From contig CAYJPP010000001.1 in NCBI GenBank assembly GCA_964372175.1, forward strand, positions 15,130 to 52,059: 36,930 nt of DNA, given 5' to 3'. Each line of letters begins with the position of its first letter. Within the stretch, counting starts at the first letter, position 1. Below the pieces are notes generated by a model that saw only the letters and a program-made list of their open reading frames with translations, did not search any database and had not been told where the DNA came from. The DNA is from an uncultured Muribaculaceae bacterium (GTDB taxonomy: Bacteria > Bacillota_I > Bacilli_A > RF39 > UBA660). Shown in pieces: positions 26,152 through 35,763 of this stretch. Position numbers and translations under genes: made by a program.

Positions 26152-26885
26152 ATATAGAAAACATTTTTTAAATATAATCCTTCTGGCGGCGCAGTTATTC
26201 CGGCCTTTGTTCTATCTTTTGATTCAATTATATCTAAAACTTCTTCACTCTTTCTTTTACCTTCACCAATCTCAATTAAAGTACCTACCATATTTCTAAC
26301 TTGATACCTTAAAAATCCTGTTCCCAAAAACACTAGTGTTAGTTCATTAACATTTTTTAAATTCCTAATAATATTTGTTTGAACAATTGTTCTGACACAG
26401 TCTTTTTCTTCATCCGTTTTAGCAAATGCTTTAAAATCTTTTGTACCTTCTAATTGTTTTAAGCCTCGTTCAATTTCTATAATATCTAACCTTTTATTGT
26501 GTTGATATATATATTTTCTTTCAATAGGATTATATTCTCCCATATTAATTTTATAAATATACTCCTTAGCTTTTACATTAAATCTAGCATGAAAGTCTTT
26601 ATCAACTTCTTCAACTTCTTTAATATAAATGTCTTTTGGTAATAAACTATTTAAAGATTGTTTTAATTTGTTAATAGGTATTTTTTTTTCTAAATCAAAA
26701 TGTGCTTTTTGATTTAAAGCATGCACACCAGCATCTGTTCTTCCAGATGCATGAATACTTATATCAGTTGTAGTTATTTTTTTTAAAACTGCTTCTATCT
26801 CATTTTGGACTGTTTTACCTTTTAATTGTTTTTGATATCCATTATAAGAAGAACCATCATAACTAAACGTTATTAAGTATCTCAT
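26148..26885 (-). CDS. truA: tRNA pseudouridine(38-40) synthase
   Basis: 245 aa. GRTDAGVHA catalytic motif. ATGA overlap with ecfT. The position after the ecf genes is conserved in Firmicutes. Confidence 0.95.
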   Translation of the reverse strand: MRYLITFSYDGSSYNGYQKQLKGKTVQNEIEAVLKKITTTDISIHASGRTDAGVHALNQKAHFDLEKKIPINKLKQSLNSLLPKDIYIKEVEEVDKDFHARFNVKAKEYIYKINMGEYNPIERKYIYQHNKRLDIIEIERGLKQLEGTKDFKAFAKTDEEKDCVRTIVQTNIIRNLKNVNELTLVFLGTGFLRYQVRNMVGTLIEIGEGKRKSEEVLDIIESKDRTKAGITAPPEGLYLKNVFYM

Positions 26886-27643
26886 ATTAATCCTCTAACT
26901 ATTACAACAACCAAACCAGTATGCAATAAAATTAAAAATGTATCATATAACTTCCATTTGTTTTGTCTAAAATTAACTCTTCTTCTTGATATGTCATATA
27001 ACCTTGATTCCATACTTAAAGCTAGGTTATCTGCTCTTTTAAAAGTTAGTGAAAACATTGGTACTAAAACTGCTTTCATAGCTACTAACTTTCCTTTTAA
27101 ATTAGAGTTTTTATAATCAATACCTCTACTTGCTTGGGTTTTCATTATTCTACTAACTGTATCCATTGTTCCAGGTATAAATCTTAAAGCTAGTGTCATT
27201 GATAACGCTAATTGATTAACGTTTACTCTAATTAGTTTTAAAGGGGCAAAGAATATAGTTAAGCCGTGATTTAATTCACTTGGAGGTGTAGTTAAGGTTA
27301 AAACTGATGAATATAAAACAATATATATCGCTCTTATAACATTAATAGTTATTAATTCTATATTTAAAGTAAATGGTAAATGAATTAAAATAATCGCTAA
27401 TATAAACCATCTAAGTGATAAAATCATTTTTAAATATAACTTAACAGGTATATTAGTAGATAAAATTATTAAAATTAATAAAATTGAAGTTACTAAATTA
27501 AATCTTAATGTATTAGCTAAAAAACAAACAGCAATAAATAAAAATGTACATATTATTTTAGCTAAGGGATTCATCCTGTGAATTAAAGATTTTACTGGAA
27601 AATATCTTCCTATCATTACTTTATTTGACACATCTATACACAT
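26882..27643 (-). CDS. ecfT: Energy-coupling factor transporter transmembrane component EcfT
   Basis: A polytopic membrane protein with the IHRMNPLAKI start motif and ARG-type coupling helices (SRGIDY...). An alternative start is ATG 27616 (MIGRYFP). Confidence 0.85.
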   Translation of the reverse strand: MCIDVSNKVMIGRYFPVKSLIHRMNPLAKIICTFLFIAVCFLANTLRFNLVTSILLILIILSTNIPVKLYLKMILSLRWFILAIILIHLPFTLNIELITINVIRAIYIVLYSSVLTLTTPPSELNHGLTIFFAPLKLIRVNVNQLALSMTLALRFIPGTMDTVSRIMKTQASRGIDYKNSNLKGKLVAMKAVLVPMFSLTFKRADNLALSMESRLYDISRRRVNFRQNKWKLYDTFLILLHTGLVVVIVRGLI

Positions 27644-28469
27644 CCTTCATTAAATCATTAATATCATCTCTATATCCTAGTTTGACGTTTTTTTTCTTTA
27701 ATACTAGTTTTTCAAATTCAATAATTTTTGGTACTTTTAATTCATATTCTTCTAATTTATCTGATGTAAATACATCATATTTAGATCCTGTTAAAACTAT
27801 TTCACCTTTATGCATAACAACCACATTGTCACTTATTTTATGAATTAAGTCAGAATCATGACTAACTATAATAATTGTTTTATTGTATCTTGTTTTTAGT
27901 AATCTTATTATTTTAACTAAATTTTCTTTATTTTTATTATCTAGTCCCACTGTTGGTTCATCCAAAATAATGATTTTAGGGTTAGAAGCTAATATAGAAG
28001 CGATAGCTACCCTTCTCATTTCACCTGAACTTAGTAAAAATGGGTTTCGTTCTAAATAACTTTCATCTAATCCTACCATTTGTAAGGCATCATTAACATG
28101 TTTATCAATACTTTCTTTACTTTTGTTAAAAAAATTTAATCCAAATTCTATTTCTTTTTTAACTGTTTTAGCGAAAAATTGTTCTTCTGGAAATTGAAAT
28201 ACACAACCTATCTTATGCCTTAATAAATTAATATTATCTATTTTTCTTCTTCTACTTATTACTTTACTACCTATTTCTATTTTCCCTTTGCTAGGAAGTA
28301 ATAATATACTCATTAATTCTATCATAGTTGTTTTACCTGAACCTGATTTACCAATAACTCCATGAATTTTATTTTCTTCAAAAGTAGTTGATATATTTTT
28401 TAATGCAACATTAGATAAAGGTGTATCTTCGTTATAAACAAATGAAACGTTTGTAAATTTTACTTCCAT
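27621..28469 (-). CDS. ecfA2: ECF transporter ATPase EcfA2
   Basis: Walker A GKSGSGKTT, signature LSSGEMRRV and Walker B IIILDEPT. Confidence 0.9.
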   Translation of the reverse strand: MEVKFTNVSFVYNEDTPLSNVALKNISTTFEENKIHGVIGKSGSGKTTMIELMSILLLPSKGKIEIGSKVISRRRKIDNINLLRHKIGCVFQFPEEQFFAKTVKKEIEFGLNFFNKSKESIDKHVNDALQMVGLDESYLERNPFLLSSGEMRRVAIASILASNPKIIILDEPTVGLDNKNKENLVKIIRLLKTRYNKTIIIVSHDSDLIHKISDNVVVMHKGEIVLTGSKYDVFTSDKLEEYELKVPKIIEFEKLVLKKKNVKLGYRDDINDLMKDVYRCVK

Positions 28470-29266
28470 AATATATCCACCATCTTTTCCATATCATATA
28501 CATATTCATCTAATAAATTATAAAACATTAATCTAGTTGATAGTTCAATCATAAAAGGTAAATCAAAACCTAAATCTTTTATAATTTTTTCTTGTTTATA
28601 AACCTCTTCTTTTTTATCATTTAAAACAACTTTACCTTCATCTAATACAACTATATTATCACTTATTGTAGTTTCTTCAATATCATGAGTAACTAATATA
28701 ATTGACATACCTTGTTTCTTTAAGTCTTGTATCATATTATATATCTTGTTTTTATTACCAGGGTCAATCATAGCAATAGCTTCATCTAGCACTAATAATT
28801 TGGGCTCATGCACAAGTGCACTAGCAAAAGCTACTAATTGTTTTTGACCACCTGATAATTCATGAGGATTCTTTTCTAAAATATCTTCAATCCCTATATA
28901 TCTAGCTGTATCTATTATTTTTTGTTTTATAACAGATTTTTTATAATTTAAATTTTCCAAAGTAAAAGCAATATCATCCATAACCGTTTCAGCTACAAAT
29001 TGATTATCAGGATTTTCAAATACAACCCCAATTTCTTTTCTAATATTTTTTACTGTTTCTCTTTTTAAATAATTACCATTAATTTTAATAGAACCATTAA
29101 ACCTTAGTAAACCCATTAATAATTTCATTAAAGTTGATTTACCTGCTCCATTTAAACCAATAATAGCTGTTACTTCACCTTTTTTGATATTTAAATTAAA
29201 ATCATCAAATATTTGTTTATTTCTATATTTAAATTTTAAGTTACTTATTTCTACTATATTTTCCAT
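28460..29266 (-). CDS. ecfA1: ECF transporter ATPase EcfA1
   Basis: Walker A GLNGAGKST, signature LSGGQKQ and Walker B LLVLDEA. Confidence 0.9.
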   Translation of the reverse strand: MENIVEISNLKFKYRNKQIFDDFNLNIKKGEVTAIIGLNGAGKSTLMKLLMGLLRFNGSIKINGNYLKRETVKNIRKEIGVVFENPDNQFVAETVMDDIAFTLENLNYKKSVIKQKIIDTARYIGIEDILEKNPHELSGGQKQLVAFASALVHEPKLLVLDEAIAMIDPGNKNKIYNMIQDLKKQGMSIILVTHDIEETTISDNIVVLDEGKVVLNDKKEEVYKQEKIIKDLGFDLPFMIELSTRLMFYNLLDEYVYDMEKMVDILWK

Positions 29267-29281
29267 ATAACCACCAATTTT

Positions 29282-29310
29282 ATTATAAACTAAAAAACAA
29301 CTGAAATCAA
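29282..29310 (-). promoter_or_regulatory. Promoter of the ecfA1 operon
   Basis: The minus strand reads TTGATT, a 17-nt spacer, then TATAAT, followed by aaaattGGTGGttatATG. The -35 lies inside a weak hairpin (AAAACAA-n10-TTGTTTT) that may terminate the pilin operon. Confidence 0.4.
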
Positions 29311-29374
29311 TTGTTTTTATATTATTATAAGGTTTTGTTTTTTTCAGTAGACCTTATACATTTCTTAATTTTTG

Positions 29375-31030
29375 TTATCCCTGTGAAACCCAAACCACAG
29401 AACGACTGGAACTTGATGGAAATGCTATTCCAGTATCCCCACCAAAAGAAAATATGCCAGCATTTAATCCTGTGACAGAACTATTTGAAAATCCACTTCG
29501 AATGAACCAAGAATAAAGCGAATCTGGAAAAATAGCAGCAGCGCCATCCCATGTGGAAAGGCCATTACCGGTAGGCATCATTTCCTTTGTCCCATCACCT
29601 AATAATCCTCTTGTATAGTCTGTTGACTCAAATGGAAGTATATAACTATCATAATATTTTCCATCTGGCAAACTTGTAAAACCACTTGACGACATTGTTC
29701 CATTCCCTACCGCCATCATATACTCAAATCTTCCTCCTGACATATCATATATTCCCGTTACATTATGAGTTGTACTTGCTTTTACTCCTAAGTCTGTATT
29801 CCACCTGTTAGTTGCTGGACATGTTCCACTTACTGCGCCATCGTTACCTCCACATCCTGTTACTATATCCCAAGTACTTGAATTGGAATAATAATTATTA
29901 TTTTTTACTTTAATAGTTTCTGTTGCTTCATTTGATGCCTTACACAGATCCCCTGGCCCAGTTTTACATATTCCATAATTTGAATGAGCTAGATATAGTA
30001 TTGCTCCCCATTCCATGTTTTTTATCATATGAACATCTACATTATCATCTAATCCATTTTGATTATTCATACTACTTATTTGAGTATTTAAACTTAATAC
30101 ATTTAAATTATTTAATGAGTTTATATTTGGCACTATTTTATTACCTGTTCCCTGTTCAAACTTTCCTACCCATATTCCATCTAATTCTACTGATGTTCCA
30201 TTTTCCTCGTAATAAAAGGCGGGATGAGTTATATATTGTCCAGCAACATCTCCTGGCGCACTTGTTAATGCTATTTCTCGTCCTGTTATTGAGTCTTTTG
30301 ACTCGAATACCACATCTATTGTTATTTTCGTATTTGATTCAAACACTTTATATTTATACCTCGGTATATATACATACATCTGAACTATATTTGTCATATC
30401 GATTGTTGTTCCTGGCGTGACATCTGTTCCATCTAATACTGTTACTGCATTAGCCCACTCACTATTTGCATAGTTATACCATTCATCGCTAGTGTTTGCT
30501 ACTGTTACTATTCCTGATGCTGATGCATCATTTTCATTATATGATATTTTTACTGGAACCATACCTGCTCCTAATACTACTTTCCCGCCTTCTAATGTAT
30601 CTTCTACATATTCTTCTTCTACTGGTGGAGTCCCTCCTAATGTACATGTACTTACATCAACATTATATGTCGGTGTTATAACGTCATCATTTAATCCTTT
30701 TCTATAACACGTACCATCTATATATACAGCAAAATCTATTTCGCCTGCTTTGGTTATTGTAATTTCCCCTATTGGTGGCTTTTCTCCTGTTGTATCTATC
30801 TCACCATATATATCGTCTCCCTTGATAAATTTATCATTGAATTCTCCGGTTAATTGACTTGTTGTATATAAATTTTCCGCACCACTTAATAATAAATATG
30901 CTTGTGAAAGATTAGCTGATCTTTCTGCTTCATCTATAACATCTAAAATTATTGGTGTCGCTATTAGTGCTACTATTGCTAGTATTATAATAACTGCTAA
31001 TAGTTCTATTAATGTAAATGCTTTTTTCAT
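29375..31030 (-). CDS. Large type IV pilin-like protein of 551 aa, with a prepilin N-terminus and a C-terminal domain of about 500 aa (FGE-sulfatase / C-type-lectin-like motifs)
   Basis: MKKA|FTLIELLAVIIILAIVALIATP is a class III signal with Glu at +5 and Ala at -1. Later motifs are SEWANAVTV...MYVYIPRYKYKV, IKNMEWGAILYLAHSNYG, GIYDMSGGRFEYM and SWFIRSG...GIFSF. Confidence 0.75.
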   Translation of the reverse strand: MKKAFTLIELLAVIIILAIVALIATPIILDVIDEAERSANLSQAYLLLSGAENLYTTSQLTGEFNDKFIKGDDIYGEIDTTGEKPPIGEITITKAGEIDFAVYIDGTCYRKGLNDDVITPTYNVDVSTCTLGGTPPVEEEYVEDTLEGGKVVLGAGMVPVKISYNENDASASGIVTVANTSDEWYNYANSEWANAVTVLDGTDVTPGTTIDMTNIVQMYVYIPRYKYKVFESNTKITIDVVFESKDSITGREIALTSAPGDVAGQYITHPAFYYEENGTSVELDGIWVGKFEQGTGNKIVPNINSLNNLNVLSLNTQISSMNNQNGLDDNVDVHMIKNMEWGAILYLAHSNYGICKTGPGDLCKASNEATETIKVKNNNYYSNSSTWDIVTGCGGNDGAVSGTCPATNRWNTDLGVKASTTHNVTGIYDMSGGRFEYMMAVGNGTMSSSGFTSLPDGKYYDSYILPFESTDYTRGLLGDGTKEMMPTGNGLSTWDGAAAIFPDSLYSWFIRSGFSNSSVTGLNAGIFSFGGDTGIAFPSSSSRSVVWVSQG

Positions 31031-31042
31031 AAAACTTCTCCT

Positions 31043-31444
31043 TTATGGTGTTGGTAATTTGTCTTTAAATCCTTGCGAGTCACAGTCTACTACTTCTGAA
31101 TCAACCGCACAACGTGCTGTTTCCGAATTATCAACTTTGCACTCATTTAATAAGACATGCCTATCTGTTAAATATACATCATTACATATTACTTCATCAC
31201 CTGATGATGTTACATTTTCATTTAACCAAGTTTGGGTTAAAGTTGAAGGTGGTTCTTTTCCTTCCACAACTCTATAATTATCAATTCCTGTTTGAACTGA
31301 CCTAGCGTATCCTTCTATACTTTGAAGTTCACCTTTTGTTCTTGATTCATCAATTACTCCGATTAATGTTGGGGCTGCAATTACAACTATAATCGCTAAT
31401 ATTATTATAACTGCTAATAATTCTACTAATGTAAATCCTTTCAT
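31043..31444 (-). CDS. Type IV pilin / pseudopilin-like protein of 133 aa
   Basis: MKG|FTLVELLAVIIILAIIVVIAAP is a canonical prepilin cleavage/methylation motif. There are four Cys in the C-terminal half. SD GGAGG upstream. Confidence 0.85.
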   Translation of the reverse strand: MKGFTLVELLAVIIILAIIVVIAAPTLIGVIDESRTKGELQSIEGYARSVQTGIDNYRVVEGKEPPSTLTQTWLNENVTSSGDEVICNDVYLTDRHVLLNECKVDNSETARCAVDSEVVDCDSQGFKDKLPTP

Positions 31445-31453
31445 AATTCCTCC

Positions 31454-32092
31454 TTAAAATTGTCCATTCATAAATAAAAACACCATTAACCCTGCTACTA
31501 CTAATATAACTAAAACAAGTATTCCTATTAAAACTTTTGTTGCTGTATCACCTTTTATTTTAAGTGGTTGATCTTCATAATCTTCTTGTTTTATACCTAA
31601 ACTAGCTGTATAAAACGATTTATCAACATCAACATGTTCTGTTTTTGATTGTTCATGTACATTATTAGGTAGATTTGTTTCTGTTTTTAAATCATCTAAT
31701 AAACCATCATCATTTAAACTTTCTATTATTGATTCTATATCAACCGAACCGTCTGGTATTTCTGTATTTTTAGTCATATCATATTTAGATGTATCTGGTT
31801 TTTCTGTCCTTGCTTTTACTAAAACATCATTTATATCATAGTTTTTTTCTTCTAATATTTCTATTTCTTCTATAACAGGTTGTTTAACTGTTTTATTTTC
31901 TTGTTTATTTATTAATTCTCTTATTTTTTCTAAGTTTATAGTTTTATCTTGCTTTATGTCAATTATCCCTTCAACACTGGAATAATCATTATTATCATAA
32001 ATTTCTCTATATAAGTTCTTATTTTTATCTGTTCTTTTATTTGTATCTTCTTCGTTATAATATCGTTCCATTCGACTTTTCACATTTATCAA
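31454..32092 (-). CDS. Acidic tail-anchored membrane protein, function unknown; first gene of the pilin operon
   Basis: About 210 aa. A single C-terminal TM segment (VLIGILVLVILVVAGLMVFLF). The track start TTG 32092 abuts GAGG. GTG 32083, 9 nt after GAGG, is more likely. Confidence 0.55.
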   Translation of the reverse strand: MINVKSRMERYYNEEDTNKRTDKNKNLYREIYDNNDYSSVEGIIDIKQDKTINLEKIRELINKQENKTVKQPVIEEIEILEEKNYDINDVLVKARTEKPDTSKYDMTKNTEIPDGSVDIESIIESLNDDGLLDDLKTETNLPNNVHEQSKTEHVDVDKSFYTASLGIKQEDYEDQPLKIKGDTATKVLIGILVLVILVVAGLMVFLFMNGQF

Positions 32093-32118
32093 CCTCTATT
32101 ATAATAATATCATACTAT

Positions 32119-32148
32119 AAAAAAAAAATAAAGGTTTATAGTCTTTAT
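32119..32148 (-). terminator. Weak rho-independent terminator after asnS
   Basis: The minus strand reads ATAAAG-n9-CTTTAT followed by a T run of about 9. The stem is AT-rich. Confidence 0.4.
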
Positions 32149-32149
32149 T

Positions 32150-33523
32150 TTAAAATTCACAGCTATTTGGTGTGCGAGGATAAGGAATCACATCTCTTAT
32201 ATTATCGATCCCTGTTACATACATTAAAAATCTTTCAAATCCCATCCCAAAGCCTGAATGAACACATGTTCCAAATTTCCTTAAATTTAAATACCATGTT
32301 AGATCATCTTCTGGTACATTCATTTCATTCATTCTTGTTTTTAGTTTATCATAATCTGCTTCTCTTTCAGAGCCACCCATTAATTCACCAACTCCTGGTA
32401 TTTCTAAGTCAACTGCCGCAACTGTTTTATTATCAGCATTTAACTTCATATAAAATGCTTTAATGTCTTTTGGCCAGTTATATATAAATACTGGTCCTTT
32501 AAAATATTCAGTAATATATTTTTCATGTTCTTTGGCTATATCTTGACCTTGTTTAGGCTCAAATTCAAATTTAACATCAGCTTTTAGTAAAATATTTATT
32601 ACTTCTTCATGAGTTATCCTTGTAAATTTACTAGTAACTAATTTATTTAATTTATCTAATAATCCTTTTTCAACAAATTGATCTAGAAATTCCATTTCAT
32701 CTGTTGCTTTATCCAAAACATACTTAACGATGTATTTAAGCATATCTTCCATTATATCCATGTTTTCTTCTAAATTACAAAACGCTATTTCAGGTTCAAT
32801 CATCCAAAATTCAGCGGCATGTGTTTTAGTATTAGAATTTTCAGCTCTAAATGTTGGTCCAAAGGTATATGCTTTTCTAAATGCTGTTGCGAATGTTTCA
32901 GCTTCTAATTGCCCTGTTACAGTTAAACCTGTTTTTTTACCAAAGAAATCATCTTCATAATTATATTTACCTGTTTTAGCTATTTTTTCTTTATCTAAAA
33001 CTGATACATTAAACATTTCTCCTGCTCCCTCACCGTCATTAGCGGTAATTAATGGGGCATGGCAATAAACATAGTTATTAGTTTGAAAATATTCATGAAT
33101 GGCCATTGAGGCGATACTTCTAACTTTAAATACTGCACTAAACAGTTTAGTTCTTGGCCTTAAATATGCTTCACTTCTTAGAAATTCTCTTGTATGTCTT
33201 TTAGGTTGAATTGGGTAATCATCTGGACAATCACCTAATAACTCAATATCAGTAGCTAAGATTTCATAATCTTGACCTTCACCAATTGATTTTTGTAACA
33301 CACCCGTCACTTTTATTGAAGAGCCTATTTTAAACTTTAATATATCTTCAAATTTTGTTAGTTTATCAGTATATACAATTTGAACACTTTTAAATATTGT
33401 CCCATCATAAAAATCAATAAAAGCAAATTCTTTTTGTTTTCTATGGTTTCTAATCCAACCTTCTACTATTACTTCTTTATCTAAATAATTAGTAATATCA
33501 TTAAACAATTTTATTAATTCCAT
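32150..33523 (-). CDS. asnS: Asparaginyl-tRNA synthetase
   Basis: 457 aa. Class II motifs, FRAENSNTKTHAAEFWMIEPE and the C-terminal PRTPNSCEF. Confidence 0.9.
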   Translation of the reverse strand: MELIKLFNDITNYLDKEVIVEGWIRNHRKQKEFAFIDFYDGTIFKSVQIVYTDKLTKFEDILKFKIGSSIKVTGVLQKSIGEGQDYEILATDIELLGDCPDDYPIQPKRHTREFLRSEAYLRPRTKLFSAVFKVRSIASMAIHEYFQTNNYVYCHAPLITANDGEGAGEMFNVSVLDKEKIAKTGKYNYEDDFFGKKTGLTVTGQLEAETFATAFRKAYTFGPTFRAENSNTKTHAAEFWMIEPEIAFCNLEENMDIMEDMLKYIVKYVLDKATDEMEFLDQFVEKGLLDKLNKLVTSKFTRITHEEVINILLKADVKFEFEPKQGQDIAKEHEKYITEYFKGPVFIYNWPKDIKAFYMKLNADNKTVAAVDLEIPGVGELMGGSEREADYDKLKTRMNEMNVPEDDLTWYLNLRKFGTCVHSGFGMGFERFLMYVTGIDNIRDVIPYPRTPNSCEF

Positions 33524-33525
33524 TT

Positions 33526-33711
33526 TTAGTGCTCCTTCTTTAAGGCATTATATACAAACATATATATAATTAAACCTACTATAAATATTCCAATCCATAA
33601 AAAGGGATTTCTAGTGTTAGATAAAAAGAAATCTCCAAGACTTTCATACTGTCCAAAATAATTTTCAATTGATCTAATTAAATTACTAAACCACTCCATT
33701 ATAAATTCCAT
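33526..33711 (-). CDS. Small membrane protein of 61 aa, unknown function
   Basis: One TM segment (FLWIGIFIVGLIIYMFVY). SD GGAGG upstream. It is wedged between pcrA and asnS with 8-nt and 2-nt gaps. Confidence 0.5.
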   Translation of the reverse strand: MEFIMEWFSNLIRSIENYFGQYESLGDFFLSNTRNPFLWIGIFIVGLIIYMFVYNALKKEH

Positions 33712-33719
33712 AAGTCCTC

Positions 33720-35738
33720 CTATATTTTTTTAATATTTTTATGTCCTTTTATTAATTTTTTTATACCGTGTTTATTTTCAAAGGCAACTGTTAACATATC
33801 CTCATCTATCCCAACAATTATACCTATGCCATATAAATCAAAAGATATCTTCTCACCTAGCTGGTATTCAACTGATTCATCAATTTTTGAATTAGTGTTT
33901 TTGATTACATTGAAATAACATGAGTCAATTTCTTTTATAAATCTACTTTCCGGATTATAAGATCTATTTCCGTATATTAATCTAGAACTAGTATTAAGTA
34001 ACCATAATCTTTTTTTAGCTCGCGTCATTGCTACATACATTAATCTTCTTTCTTCTTCTAATTGTTCATAATCACTAAATGAATTAAAATGCGGAAATAT
34101 CCCTTCTTCTAATCCAACTATGAAAACAAAATCAAATTCTAAACCTTTTGATAAATGAATAGTCATTAATGTAACTAAGTTATCTGTTTGGTTATGATTT
34201 TCTAAATCAGTTAATAAACTAACTTCGTTCAAAAAATCTTCTAGGGTAATTATACCATAATTTTCTTGAAATTGGTAACAAATAGACTTAAATTCATCTA
34301 AATTTTCAATTCTAGATTCATCTTCTAGTTCTTTTTTTAATCCCGTTTTTTCTATTATGTCATCTACTAATTGAGTTAACAATATATTATCTTTTTCTAA
34401 GATAAAATTATCAATTATCTTTTTAAATTCTAATTCTTTCCCACTATCTATCGCATCATATAACGAACAATTTAAATTATTAGCTTTTTCTTTTAATTTA
34501 TCGATAGTTGTTTTACCTATTTTTCGTTTAGGTGTATTTATAACCCTGATTAAACTAGTATCATCATCTTTATTATATATGAGTTTTAAATATGCTAAGA
34601 TATCTTTTATTTCTTTTCTTGAATAAAAGTTAGTTGAACCGATTAGTTTATAAGGAATGCTACCTATTAGAAATTGTTCTTCAAAAGTTCGTGATTGTGC
34701 ATTAGTTCTATATAAGATAACCATTTGTTTATAATCATACCCTTCATCAACTAATTCATTTATTTTATTAACAATATATAATGCTTCTTCTTTCTCATCT
34801 TGAACTTTACTATATACTATTTTATTACCTTCTTCATTATCTGTCCACAGGCTTTTCTCTTTTTTATTTTTATTATATTTAATAACACTATTTGAGGCAT
34901 CAATAATAGTTTTAGTTGATCGATAATTTTGTTCTAGTAAAATAGTTTTACAACCTTTATAATCTTTTTCAAAATTTAAAATATTTCTATAATTAGACCC
35001 TCGCCATGAATATATTGATTGGCTGTCATCTCCAACGACGCAAATATTTTGATACTTAGCACTTATTAATTTAGCTAATAAATATTGAGCTTCATTAGTA
35101 TCTTGGTATTCGTCTATTAATATATATTTATATAACTCTTGATAATATTTTAATATTTCAGGAAACCTTTTAAATAACGTAATAGGTAGCATTAATAAAT
35201 CATCGAAGTCAACATTGTTTGTAAGTTCTAATTTGGCTTGGTATTTACCATATACAAAATGTACATCCTCTTCAATTTTATTTGTTACAAAATTTTCATA
35301 TTGAATAACATCAATTAATGCATTCTTATTATTACTTATAATATTTTTAGCTAGTTTAGGTTCCACATCTAAATTATAATCTTTTATAATTCCTTTTATT
35401 ATATTATTAGATTCATCTGCATCTAATATTGTAAAACTTTTAGAATATCCTAATTTATCAGCATGTGTTTTTAATATTTTTAAGCCAAAAGAGTGAAAAG
35501 TAGATATTTGAATTTTTTTAGCTTCTTCATATATTAAATCAAATATTCTTTCTTTCATTTCCTTAGCTGCTTTATTAGTAAATGTAATAGCTAGTATATT
35601 TTGAGGTTCAACACCTTTTTTTATTAGATTAGCTACTCTTTCTGTTAATACTTTCGTCTTACCAGAACCAGCACCAGCTAAAACTAGTAATGGACCTTCT
35701 AATGTTTCAACGGCTTTTTTTTGTTCTTTGTTCAACAT
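33720..35738 (-). CDS. pcrA: ATP-dependent DNA helicase, UvrD/PcrA family
   Basis: 672 aa. Motif I GAGSGKT, motif II IDEYQDTN, and downstream SF1 motifs (TIHLSKGLEFD, YVAMTRAK). Confidence 0.85.
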   Translation of the reverse strand: MLNKEQKKAVETLEGPLLVLAGAGSGKTKVLTERVANLIKKGVEPQNILAITFTNKAAKEMKERIFDLIYEEAKKIQISTFHSFGLKILKTHADKLGYSKSFTILDADESNNIIKGIIKDYNLDVEPKLAKNIISNNKNALIDVIQYENFVTNKIEEDVHFVYGKYQAKLELTNNVDFDDLLMLPITLFKRFPEILKYYQELYKYILIDEYQDTNEAQYLLAKLISAKYQNICVVGDDSQSIYSWRGSNYRNILNFEKDYKGCKTILLEQNYRSTKTIIDASNSVIKYNKNKKEKSLWTDNEEGNKIVYSKVQDEKEEALYIVNKINELVDEGYDYKQMVILYRTNAQSRTFEEQFLIGSIPYKLIGSTNFYSRKEIKDILAYLKLIYNKDDDTSLIRVINTPKRKIGKTTIDKLKEKANNLNCSLYDAIDSGKELEFKKIIDNFILEKDNILLTQLVDDIIEKTGLKKELEDESRIENLDEFKSICYQFQENYGIITLEDFLNEVSLLTDLENHNQTDNLVTLMTIHLSKGLEFDFVFIVGLEEGIFPHFNSFSDYEQLEEERRLMYVAMTRAKKRLWLLNTSSRLIYGNRSYNPESRFIKEIDSCYFNVIKNTNSKIDESVEYQLGEKISFDLYGIGIIVGIDEDMLTVAFENKHGIKKLIKGHKNIKKI

Positions 35739-35763
35739 ATATACCTCCTAATGAAAAAAGAGT

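Noticed and set aside
29321-29374. The hairpin TAAGGT-n17-ACCTTA just downstream of the 551-aa pilin gene, considered as a terminator
   Set aside because: A 17-nt loop and the lack of a following U-tract make it unconvincing. The weaker AAAACAA-n10-TTGTTTT element at 29294-29317 is noted under the ecf promoter instead.
275-32960. The remaining short ORFs in the track, on the plus strand except where marked: 275-487, 2807-2989 (-), 8873-9082, 9372-9554, 10082-10333, 16389-16598, 17210-17404, 20275-20496, 27625-27843, 29923-30420, 30492-30707, 30496-30681, 31059-31277, 31114-31305, 32041-32463 and 32730-32960
   Set aside because: Each lies largely within or antisense to a long minus-strand gene that has clear homology or domain structure. 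None has an SD, and all have hydrophobic, low-complexity translations typical of antisense AT-rich DNA.
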